From the NCBI GenBank assembly GCA_036509585.1, contig DATCFI010000133.1:15150-79149 (forward strand): 64,000 nucleotides of DNA, in the 5' to 3' direction. Under the pieces are notes generated by a model, which worked only from the letters and a program-made list of their open reading frames with translations, searched no databases and was not told the DNA's origin. Made by a program: the position numbers and the translations under genes. Shown piece by piece: positions 27,934 through 37,461 of this stretch. Every line of letters begins with the position of its first letter. Within the stretch, counting starts at the first letter, position 1. Origin of the DNA: Hanamia sp. (lineage in GTDB: Bacteria; Bacteroidota; Bacteroidia; Chitinophagales; Chitinophagaceae).

Positions 27934-29067
27934 TTATGCTGGCCAATTGGATCTACCCCATGCACAGAGATTCACAAATCCGTTGCCACTTGCAAATACA
28001 TTATCGTTTCGCGACGAGAAGGGGAATTTATATTCAGTTTCCTGTCCGCTTACTACGCCCACGATCCTTGGGTCAGTTCCACTATTCCACCAGGCAAACA
28101 TGGGGCCTCCTGAATTACCGTGATTGAGGTCACAATTTTCAGTTTCTAATTCTTCTCCTCCATCACTATCTCCATCCGTATCATTTATTGTAAAGCCTTG
28201 CTGAAATGCAGGTTCTTCAGCATTATCTATGTCGCCGGGATAACCAATATTACTCCAGTACGGCTGATTATTCCAATCATCCGAATAACTATTATAACCC
28301 ATATAGCCGAGTGAGGAACCTAATGGTTCATACAAACGCAAAACTGCCCAATCGTATCCTGTAACATTTCCATCTGTATTATACCCACGTGCATCGGAAA
28401 CATAAGATTCTACACCAGCACCATATAGCGAGCTTCCATTAAAGTAAGCGGGAACAAATTTAACCCACCAGCTTCCTGCTGATACGCTTGCCCATGGTAC
28501 CATGTGGCCTGCCGTTACAACAAGCCTGGGGCCAATAAGAGTACCTGTTCCGCTATATCCATCACTGTTAAAAATGCGGCCGACTAATCCCCATGGCCAT
28601 GCACTATCTTCAAATGCGAAACGCGCACTGTCATAAACCCAAAGAGGCTCAGAACGGTTTCCCTTAAATCTGCGCATGGGTTGAATAGTGTTCCCTGCTT
28701 TAATACGCGGGACAGGCGATACATCTATCCATTCGGGTCTGTGCGACTTGAAAGAAACGTCTTTTTTAATTTCCTTAAGATATTTGGAGGCAGGATGTCT
28801 TTCCAATGTAAGCCCCGGCCGTGCTCCTCTTAAATTATCATCAACCGGAACATTGATTCTCCATATATCGTGTCCTGCTTTATGCATTGATTCAATATCT
28901 ACCACAGGTTTTTTACCAGCTTTCGACTCTATATAGATAGAACGTTGCATTGCCATTCTTTTTAAGGCTTCGGGAATTTTTCCATTTCCTGATATAGCAC
29001 GCTGTCTCCTTACTTTGGTTAATGGAGTTGGTGAGGCATGGTCCCCAATAAAATGATTTGTTGCCAT
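27934..29067 (-). CDS. Trypsin-like (S1, glutamyl-endopeptidase-like) serine protease with N-terminal prodomain
   Basis: Catalytic triad VTAGH, YDWAVL, GNSGGP; no signal peptide. Confidence 0.9.
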   Translation of the reverse strand: MATNHFIGDHASPTPLTKVRRQRAISGNGKIPEALKRMAMQRSIYIESKAGKKPVVDIESMHKAGHDIWRINVPVDDNLRGARPGLTLERHPASKYLKEIKKDVSFKSHRPEWIDVSPVPRIKAGNTIQPMRRFKGNRSEPLWVYDSARFAFEDSAWPWGLVGRIFNSDGYSGTGTLIGPRLVVTAGHMVPWASVSAGSWWVKFVPAYFNGSSLYGAGVESYVSDARGYNTDGNVTGYDWAVLRLYEPLGSSLGYMGYNSYSDDWNNQPYWSNIGYPGDIDNAEEPAFQQGFTINDTDGDSDGGEELETENCDLNHGNSGGPMFAWWNSGTDPRIVGVVSGQETEYKFPFSSRNDNVFASGNGFVNLCAWGRSNWPA

Positions 29068-29097
29068 TACTTTATTTTTTTCGCCTACTCTTTGATC

Positions 29098-29367
29098 GGA
29101 TTTTCGGCTTATTCCTTTTATTTATTAATAATACTTCAATGATTTATTATTAGTGATTTATAGGATTGGAGCGTAACCTTTTTTTGTAGTCAAAAACATG
29201 CCCAACACAAAAAATAATTATCCGAAACCGTTAACAAGCGCATTTCATGTATAGGTGCTTTTTAGTAAATGGCTTAAAAACGGAGATACCCGGTGAGGAA
29301 TGTCTATGGAAAAATCATTAATAAAATAGAGAAGTTTTTGACTTTCATTAATGCGAGAAAAATAATC
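29098..29367 (-). repeat. Duplicate of 31237-31522 (LytTR gene 3' end plus downstream regulatory region)
   Basis: Conserved blocks ggattttcggctta, ataatacttcaatgattt, tataggattg, ccgttaacaagcgc and tggaaaaatcattaataaaatagagaagtttt. Confidence 0.9.
29245..29367 (-). pseudogene. LytTR C-terminal remnant
   Basis: DYFSRINESQKLLYFINDFSIDIPHRVSPFLSHLLKSTYT* is 31/40 identical to the end of the 31400-31849 protein; no ATG start. Confidence 0.8.
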
Positions 29368-29417
29368 CGCCAAAGCCACAATTCTTTGACGGATTACCTT
29401 TGTTACTATTGCATAAT

Positions 29418-31142
29418 TTACACTCCTTTTCCTGATAATTCAAGAGACTTACGTTTTGCTTTTTTTCCTTTATTATCATCACCTTTTGTAGCATCATCCA
29501 CAGCCGGAGAAACTAATTCACTTTGTTTTATCCTTTGCTCATGAATTTCTGATCCAAGTTTTTGTAACTCGCGTATGCCATTCAAAACCATCGTGCGGGC
29601 TTCATTTGCCTGCCTAGCATACTTTGGGCCCCAGGGGTCCACAGGAATCGGGCCATTAGGTCCTAATACCCACAACGGGCCATCAGCAAGGCTTCCAATC
29701 AATTGATTCCATATCTCATATTGCTCAAAAACCTTAATATATGGTGGCCACCAGAATATATCCCAAATATAAATGTAATGGCTGTAGGAGCTTATTCCGT
29801 TTGCAATTAATGTGATCTCATAAGAACCCAAAGGAACCCCGGAAGGAACATAAAAATTAGTAGAATGAATAGTTGTACCTGTATTAACTCCCATAGTACT
29901 ATGATCAAATGTTTTGCAGAAATAGACTTTACCTGTAGAGATATTTGTCAACTTTACAATTGGATAATTGGTAGCCGAGGAAACGTCATCTCCATAGGCC
30001 ACTGCCTGTGATAATCCATTTATTTGACGCCCCTGAAGTGTATAAGATTGGCCATGTCTTACAAAGTAAGGTATGTTGGTAATTGCCGGCCTCCATGATT
30101 CATCAGGATAGCCATCGGGGACATAGCAATAAATTGAATTTGAACCATTGGCAAATAATACCTGGCCCGAAGGTGTGAGCATCATTCTGCCGGCAAACGG
30201 AACACTACCCGAGTTGGCAGGGTCTGGTACTCTGTATATTGATCTACCGTCAAACTCATAGAAATAGGTAGGTGAAAGATAGTCCCCGGAAACCCCATCA
30301 ACAGGGCCGCCCACAAATAATACTTTGCCATTTGGCATTAAACATCCGGGAGCATCTTTTGCACCGATAGTTACACCTCCTACTTTGGGAATATCAGGGC
30401 CGGTTGTCCACGTTCCTGCAGCGCTGGAAACAACAGGAGGTGTGTAAATAGCAGTTTTGCCTGTTGCTCCAACGCAAAAAACTCTTCCATCGGGCATCAG
30501 GCATGCAGGGCCAATTTCAATAGATGAAGCTTCTACTAGATCAACCGGTATGGTGCCTGCAGTAACCCAATTATTTGCTGCGATAACATATTTTTCCGAA
30601 TTAGGATGGTTAACGCATTGTGCGGCTAATACGGTTTCATCCGGTAACAAAGTCCAGGTTTCTTCAGAAGCTGAATCGCCCTTATTGGGTCCTGCATTCC
30701 ATGTATTAGTCGCAGGGTCAAAGATGGCAGTTTTATTACCGTTATAATAACCCATCAGAAAACGCCCGTCAGGCAAAACACAACAGGCAGCATCTCCAAC
30801 ATTAGTCCAACCGGCCGGCGCAGCTATTGCAGTCCATGTGTCCGTAAGAGGATTATAAATTTCACACTTATTAGTATCGCCTCCTGCATTACTATATTCC
30901 CCACCACAAACAATCACACGGCCATCACGTAAAACTGCGGATGCAAAATAAAGCCTTGTGTTAATCATTGGAGCAAGAGCGCTCCATGTCCCATTTATGT
31001 AATTTCCACCTGAATCAGGCGTAAGGCGATGCCAGTTCAGACCGCCGGATTCCTGGCACATAATGGTACCATCGGTTAAAAGTAACATAGTGCTTGCATT
31101 AAAAGTGGGTTGATGCGTCAGCCCTTTCCAAATTCCGCTCAT
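29418..31142 (-). CDS. Kelch/galactose-oxidase-type beta-propeller protein with Ig-like domain and Pro/Gly-rich tail
   Basis: Repeats LRDGRVIVCGG...EIYNPLTDTWT, LPDGRFL...IFDPATNTWNAGP and MPDGRVFCVG; no signal peptide. Confidence 0.85.
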   Translation of the reverse strand: MSGIWKGLTHQPTFNASTMLLLTDGTIMCQESGGLNWHRLTPDSGGNYINGTWSALAPMINTRLYFASAVLRDGRVIVCGGEYSNAGGDTNKCEIYNPLTDTWTAIAAPAGWTNVGDAACCVLPDGRFLMGYYNGNKTAIFDPATNTWNAGPNKGDSASEETWTLLPDETVLAAQCVNHPNSEKYVIAANNWVTAGTIPVDLVEASSIEIGPACLMPDGRVFCVGATGKTAIYTPPVVSSAAGTWTTGPDIPKVGGVTIGAKDAPGCLMPNGKVLFVGGPVDGVSGDYLSPTYFYEFDGRSIYRVPDPANSGSVPFAGRMMLTPSGQVLFANGSNSIYCYVPDGYPDESWRPAITNIPYFVRHGQSYTLQGRQINGLSQAVAYGDDVSSATNYPIVKLTNISTGKVYFCKTFDHSTMGVNTGTTIHSTNFYVPSGVPLGSYEITLIANGISSYSHYIYIWDIFWWPPYIKVFEQYEIWNQLIGSLADGPLWVLGPNGPIPVDPWGPKYARQANEARTMVLNGIRELQKLGSEIHEQRIKQSELVSPAVDDATKGDDNKGKKAKRKSLELSGKGV

Positions 31143-31399
31143 AATAAATGAAATTTATTTTGCCTACTCTAATTTCCCTTTTCGGCTTTCCGGGCGCTTA
31201 CTCTCTTTAATTGCTTTCTATAGTCAATTGCAAAATGGATTTTCGGCTTACTCCTTTTTATTTATAAATAATACTTCAATGATTTGCTATTGGTATTTTA
31301 TAGGATTGCAAGGAAATTTTTATTGTAGTAAAAAACATCCTTAACCCGAAAGTATAATTACAGGAAGCCGTTAACAAGCGCTTTTTCGTAAAGCGCATT

Positions 31400-31849
31400 T
31401 CACGTATGGGTACTTTTTAGTAAATGGCGTACAAAGGGAGATATCCGGTGAGGAATGGCAATGGAAAAATCATTAATAAAATAGAGAAGTTTTTTATTTT
31501 CATTGATGTGGGAAAAATAATTCAGATTAAGGAGGTAGAATTTATTGAGACGTATAAAATTTTCTACAGGTAAAATGTAAAGCAATTCTTTAAGAGTGCT
31601 ATGCCTTGTCATCCATTTTAGTTTATTACCGCAATTAATCAGTGTTTTCACATAATGATCAGCGCTTATTACAAAGTATATTTCATCAGGATGGGCCCAG
31701 GTGTACTTTTCTTTTTTTTCTTCAAAACGTAAGAATTCTATACTCTTTTCCCGGGTGCCGGTCGTGTTGGGCAATGTTATCAGATTTCTTTGGGGAGAAT
31801 TCAGTTTGTTTACTAATTCATCATTAAAAAGGTAAGTGTTGATGCGCAT
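31400..31849 (-). CDS. Stand-alone LytTR DNA-binding domain regulator
   Basis: DEIYFVISADHYVKT...TLKELLYILPVENFIRLNKFYLLNLNYF; no receiver domain. Confidence 0.8.
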   Translation of the reverse strand: MRINTYLFNDELVNKLNSPQRNLITLPNTTGTREKSIEFLRFEEKKEKYTWAHPDEIYFVISADHYVKTLINCGNKLKWMTRHSTLKELLYILPVENFIRLNKFYLLNLNYFSHINENKKLLYFINDFSIAIPHRISPFVRHLLKSTHT

Positions 31850-32339
31850 TGGATCAGTTTTTTATAGTTACAAATATTTAAGTGATCATTGCAATTTTTT
31901 AAACCAACATTATTTTGGTGGAACAATTCGTGATCAATCCTCTCATCACAGAAACTACAAGTACCGGTAAGAATGAAATCTTTTAAATAGTTACAGGAAG
32001 GTTTTCACTTGAAATTCTTTGGGACTCAATAAGAATGAAGATTAGCCATTATAACTATTCTTAGTTGCTTCTAAAAACATATTGATGTTATAAAATTCAA
32101 TTGACAAATAAAATTATCTTTTTTTGAATAATAAAAACAAGACAATTATTTAGGTGGCCGTAGTTATTTATTATTTGGTTTAAATTGTTGATTAATCGAC
32201 ATAAACCAGTTTGATTAGGTACAAGGAAATAAATTGTACAACCAAACAAGATAGCTGTGGATAACAAATAGTTTTATTGTTGGTGTAACATATTTAAAAC
32301 AAGGCATTTCACGAAGATCGTCTTCTGGTCAGCCTCATA

Positions 32340-32490
32340 GCTAACAAGTGTTTTTACTTTTATTTTATAAGTAATTTTACTATGGTGCTTCGTGTATTTT
32401 CGTTTATGCTTTCCTGTTATTGAAAAATAAATTTGAATTATAAAATACAAATGTTGCTTATTTGTGTAAACTTATTTTAGAATAAGACAA
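32340..32490 (+). repeat. Linker and AT-rich core, homologous to 22981-23160
   Basis: attttCGTTTA tgctttcct GTTATtgaaaaataaatttgaattataaaatacaaatgttgcttatttgtgtaaac...aagacaa. Confidence 0.9.
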
Positions 32491-32685
32491 TGGGAAATTG
32501 CACAAATTAAAAATCAAAAAATTAAACCACAGGGAATATATTTTTTGTATCAATCTTTTAAGACATATCATTCTCATTGTATTTTTAAAAAAAAGCAATT
32601 GCTAAAAAAGTAATTTCTATTGTGCCAAAAAAAACCCTCTTATATAGAAGGTTGTTGGTACTCCTTTCTTATTCTACTTACAAGT

Positions 32686-33457
32686 TCACCCTTCCGGCCC
32701 CGGGCTCACCGCAGTCCATCCGCCATCTATGACAAGCGATTGGCCGGTTATATGTTTTGCTTTATCGGAAATGAGAAAAAGAGCCGCATTGGCAATATCC
32801 AAAGTCGTAGCGGGATGCCCCATTGGCGTCAGGGTCGACCATACTTTTTCATAGTTTACATCATCCATCGTTCTTTCTGTAAGAGTTGCTCCAGGGGGCT
32901 ACCGTGTTTACGTTGATCTTATAAGGCGAGAGTTCTAACACCAGGTTTTTGGCAAGCATTTCGAGAGCAGCCTTCGTCATGCCATAGGCTGCAAGGTTTT
33001 TATGAGCCTGGTGCCCGGTAACGGAGGAGGTAAATAACAACGATCCACCGGAACCTTGTTGAATCATTTGATTCGCTGCCGCCTGTGCGAGAAAAAAAGT
33101 TCCTGCCAGGTTTACCTTTACTACCTCAAAAAAAGAAGAAGCGGGATAAGTAAGGAAGTCTCCAAACAGGGTAATGCCCGCATTTGCTACCACTACATCT
33201 AATTTGGAAAATTTATCCACTGCCGTAGCTACCATTTTTTTTATGATATCAGGGTTAGAAGCATCTCCGGCAACGCCAAGACAAGTACCTCCTTCCAACG
33301 ATATTTTCGTGACCGCTTTCATGGAGAGATTGGAATCAATATCATTCAAAACTACTTGTGCACCTTTTGTAGCAAGTTGTTTTGCTATTTCAAATCCAAT
33401 TCCCTGGCCGGCTCCGGTTACGATGGCCACTTTTTGGTAAAATTCTTTTATCTCCAT
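32686..33457 (-). pseudogene. SDR oxidoreductase split by a +1 frameshift
   Basis: TGAGQGIG, ANAG and YGMTK motifs; removing one G from the G5 run at 32894-32898 restores VAPGATLTERTMDD...TGQSLVIDGGW. Confidence 0.85.
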
Positions 33458-33467
33458 ACCTTATTTA

Positions 33468-35183
33468 TTAATGCGAATCACGGGACACTTTGCTTCCGGA
33501 TCCGCCTTTTAAAAAATCAAGATCAACACCTAAATGAGCTTGCTCCACATGGTCAATAAATAAACTCACATACCCTCTTTTATATTCATTGATAAATGGC
33601 TGAAGATTTTCTTTTCTTTTTTGCAGTTCTTCATTATCCTCTAAAGGTTGTAAACTTCTGCCTGCAACATCAAGTTGTATAAGATCTCCATCCTGAACAA
33701 TCGCCAGTGTACCGCCATTTGCCGCTTCCGGTGACACATGCAGCACCACTGTGCCAAATCCGGTACCGCTCATTCTGCCATCTGAAATCCGGATCAGATC
33801 AGTGATTCCTTTATCAAGTAATTTTTTTGGCAAGCCCATATTGCCAACTTCCGGCATGCCGGGATAGCTTTTAGGACCTACATTTTTTAAAACCAGGATA
33901 CTATTTTCGTCTACATGCATGTCAGGCGCATCAATCCTGCTTTTATAATCCTCAATATTTTCAAACACCACCACGGCTTTGCCGGTATGCTGCATCAATT
34001 GCACACTTGTCGCAGAAGGTTTCATAATCGCGCCATCTTCGCAAAGATTACCTTTTAATACTACAATACCCGATTGAGGATTAAAAGGCTCATCAAAAGT
34101 TGCAATAACTTCCCGGTTCCATATTTCGGCGTTGGATATATTTTCAATAACCGTTTTCCCGTTTACAGTCATGCAGGATGGATGAAGATATTTGGCCAGT
34201 TCTTTCATAACGGCGGGTAAACCACCAACATAATAAAAATCTTCCATAAAATATTTACCCGAAGGTTGCAGGTTGGCTATTAGCGGAATAGATGCGGATA
34301 ACCGGTCAAAATCATCGAGATCAAGTCTAATGCCGATCCTGTCTGCAATTGCCAGCAGGTGAATTACAAAATTGGTTGACCCTCCTATAGCGGCATTCAC
34401 TTTTATCGCATTTTCAAATGCCTCCCTCGTAAGAACATCAGATAATTTCAGATCTTCATTTACCATTTCAATTATTCTCCTGCCGGAAAGTTGTGCCAAT
34501 ACTTTTCGTCTTGAATCCGCAGCAGGAATGGCAGCATTTCCCGAAAGAGAAATACCGACTGCTTCCACCATACAGGCCATAGAAGAGGCCGTACCCATCA
34601 CCGCACAATGGCCACGGCTACGACACATGCATGGTTCCGCCAGGTTAAGTGCTTCTTCCGTCATAGTTCCGGAATGCAATTCATCAGCAAACCGCCATAT
34701 ATCGCTGGTACCGATATCCTTCCATTTATATTTGCCGGTAAGCATAGCACCTCCCGAAACGGCAATTGAAGGAATGTCAACGCTGCATGCTCCCATTACT
34801 AAAGATGGAGTAGTTTTATCACAACCACAAAGTAATACCACACCATCAATAGGGTTTGCGCGAATAGATTCTTCTACATCCATACTTACCAGGTTGCGGT
34901 ACAACATAGCGGTAGGCTTGATAAGTCCTTCCCCCAAAGACATTACGGGAAACTCAACGGGGAATCCGCCAGCTTCTAAAATCCCCCATTTTACAGATTC
35001 TGCCAACTCCCTAAAGTGCGCATTGCAGGGGGTAAGTTCCGACCAGGTATTACAAATTCCAATGACCGGTTTTCCCCCGAATTCATCATCAGGCAATCCC
35101 TGGTTTTTCATCCATGCCCTGTGAATAAATCCGTCCTTTCCGGTGAGGCCAAACCATTGCTGGCTTCTTAATTCTTTTTTCAT
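33468..35183 (-). CDS. IlvD/Edd family dehydratase (sugar-acid dehydratase clade)
   Basis: NTWSELTPCNAH, LCGCDKTTP, CAVMGTAS and SDGRMSGTG motifs; start placed at MKKELRSQQWFG. Confidence 0.92.
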   Translation of the reverse strand: MKKELRSQQWFGLTGKDGFIHRAWMKNQGLPDDEFGGKPVIGICNTWSELTPCNAHFRELAESVKWGILEAGGFPVEFPVMSLGEGLIKPTAMLYRNLVSMDVEESIRANPIDGVVLLCGCDKTTPSLVMGACSVDIPSIAVSGGAMLTGKYKWKDIGTSDIWRFADELHSGTMTEEALNLAEPCMCRSRGHCAVMGTASSMACMVEAVGISLSGNAAIPAADSRRKVLAQLSGRRIIEMVNEDLKLSDVLTREAFENAIKVNAAIGGSTNFVIHLLAIADRIGIRLDLDDFDRLSASIPLIANLQPSGKYFMEDFYYVGGLPAVMKELAKYLHPSCMTVNGKTVIENISNAEIWNREVIATFDEPFNPQSGIVVLKGNLCEDGAIMKPSATSVQLMQHTGKAVVVFENIEDYKSRIDAPDMHVDENSILVLKNVGPKSYPGMPEVGNMGLPKKLLDKGITDLIRISDGRMSGTGFGTVVLHVSPEAANGGTLAIVQDGDLIQLDVAGRSLQPLEDNEELQKRKENLQPFINEYKRGYVSLFIDHVEQAHLGVDLDFLKGGSGSKVSRDSH

Positions 35184-35510
35184 TTTCAAGTACTTTTTAG
35201 TTTCGGACATTAACTGGTACAATATTACAGCTATACTACGAAATAACAGGTATAGAATTGTAAGTCATAATAGCGCCAATGTTACATGCCGGCTGCTTTT
35301 AATTTTACTTTTCTTAATTAAATAGTAGAGCGAAAGATTGAATTGAATGTGGGAGGGAAATTGGGAGTGAATGTTTCACTGTTGGACAGTAAACAAAGAA
35401 ATAATTAGGATTTGTATTATGGAATAAAGAAAATGAAGTACTTTTTACCCGACTTTTGGGATATCCATTCGGTTACAGCTATATTCATTAAACAATCAAA
35501 CACAATCATT

Positions 35511-37406
35511 ATGAAATCATGCGTCATTCTGTTGGTTTTGACAGCCTTTCTTTCCCTGCATGCGCAGGCTCAATCTCTATACATGACGCGCAATGTAAAA
35601 ACGGCTTTCGAAAATGGAACGCGTTCCATTGACGGAAACCCCGGTGCTCATTATTGGCAAAATCGTAGCCGCTATCATATTGATATTACCGTAACTCCAC
35701 CTGATCGGAATATTAAGGGCTCTGAAGAAATCGCTTATTTTAATGACAGTCCCGATACATTGAGCACGATTGTTTTTAGCCTCATCATGAATTATCACAA
35801 ACCTGAAGCCGAACGTTTGGTAAACATGGATTCTACCCAATTGACCTCCGGTGTTCATATTGATCATTTTGAAGTAAATGGAGAAGAAACAATATGGCCC
35901 GAGCCTGCGGGTGATTATACACGTCAAAACATAGATTTACTCAAACCTTTATTGCCGGGAGATTCCATTCATTTTTCGGTTCAATGGCATTATGAAATTG
36001 CGCCTGCATTCGTAAAAAACGGACGATCAGAAAGAGAAGGTATAATTGATCCTACAACGTATTGCGTGGCTTACTTCTATCCTTGTGTGGCTGTATATGA
36101 CGATTATAATGGTTGGGACAGGTTACAATTTACCGGAGCACAGGAATTTTATAACGATTTCAGCAATTATACTTTGAATGTAAATGTACCTAAGAACTTT
36201 ATTGTATGGGCTACCGGTACTTTACAAAATCCAGACGAGGTTTTACAACCGCATTATGCACAACTTCTAAAAGAATCTATGACCTCGGATACGGTGATCC
36301 ATATTGCCACACGCGGCGACCTGCAAGCAAAAGTTATTACCAATCAAAATGCTACAAACACATGGCAATGGAAAGCAAACGATGTAACAGAAGTAGCGTT
36401 ATTTATCAGCGATCATGATAATTGGGATGCAGCAAGTGCATTAGTAGATAGCGCAAACGGCCGCCGTGCCTCTGTGCAGTCTGCTTATTATGACACTTCA
36501 GCCGATTTTCACGATGCGGTAGCCATCGGGCAAAAAGCATTGAGTTGGTATTCACGTAATTTGCCGGGGATTCCTTATCCTTATGCTAAAATGACGGTGG
36601 TAGAAGGTTTTGCGGGAATGGAATATCCAATGATGGCCAATGATGGCGCTTATAGAACCAATAATCCGATTGCAACAAAGTTTGAAGAGAATCATGAAAT
36701 TGCACACACGTATTTTCCTTTTTACATGGGAACTAACGAAAGCCGCTATGCATTTATGGATGAAGGATGGGCTCAAACTTTTAATGGATTAATAGGCGCG
36801 GTGGAATATGGCTCTGCTATAGTTAACAAACGATATGCAAAAATTGTAATAAAAGATCCCTCGCAGGAAGAGCAGGTACCTGTTATCGAATCCGATTTTC
36901 AAACCGGATTGGCGTATGGTAATAATGCCTATTTCAAGCCTATGCTGGGTTATATGGCTGTGAAGGATATTCTCGGAGAATCATTATTTAAAAAATGCCT
37001 GCAGGGATATATTAACCGATGGCATGGTAAGCATCCTATGCCATGGGATTTCTTTAATGCTTTCAATAATGTTTCAGGAAAAGATCTGAACTGGTTTTGG
37101 AATAGTTGGTTCTTTTCACACGGGTATACCGACGTCGGTATTGAAAAGGTTATCCGGAACAAAAACGATTATGATATAAAAGTAAATAACGTTGGTGGCT
37201 TTGATATACCCTTCGATGTAAAAATAAATTATAAGGACGGCACCAGTGAAGATATTCATGAAACTCCCATCGTTTGGGAAAAAGATCAAAAGCAAACTAT
37301 TGTAAATATCCAAACCAAAAAATCAATTCGCTCGCTAACTATTGACACGGGACTATGGGCAGATGCGAATGAAAAAGATAATGTATGGAAAGGTGATAGC
37401 TATTAA
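35511..37406 (+). CDS. M1 family metallopeptidase, secreted
   Basis: Signal peptide from ATG 35511; AGMEYPM, HEIAH and downstream MDEG zinc ligands. Confidence 0.92.
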   Translation: MKSCVILLVLTAFLSLHAQAQSLYMTRNVKTAFENGTRSIDGNPGAHYWQNRSRYHIDITVTPPDRNIKGSEEIAYFNDSPDTLSTIVFSLIMNYHKPEAERLVNMDSTQLTSGVHIDHFEVNGEETIWPEPAGDYTRQNIDLLKPLLPGDSIHFSVQWHYEIAPAFVKNGRSEREGIIDPTTYCVAYFYPCVAVYDDYNGWDRLQFTGAQEFYNDFSNYTLNVNVPKNFIVWATGTLQNPDEVLQPHYAQLLKESMTSDTVIHIATRGDLQAKVITNQNATNTWQWKANDVTEVALFISDHDNWDAASALVDSANGRRASVQSAYYDTSADFHDAVAIGQKALSWYSRNLPGIPYPYAKMTVVEGFAGMEYPMMANDGAYRTNNPIATKFEENHEIAHTYFPFYMGTNESRYAFMDEGWAQTFNGLIGAVEYGSAIVNKRYAKIVIKDPSQEEQVPVIESDFQTGLAYGNNAYFKPMLGYMAVKDILGESLFKKCLQGYINRWHGKHPMPWDFFNAFNNVSGKDLNWFWNSWFFSHGYTDVGIEKVIRNKNDYDIKVNNVGGFDIPFDVKINYKDGTSEDIHETPIVWEKDQKQTIVNIQTKKSIRSLTIDTGLWADANEKDNVWKGDSY

Positions 37407-37461
37407 TTGGTTCTTGTATAATAAATTGCACATGTGAACCTGGCACAGTTTATTGTACAGT

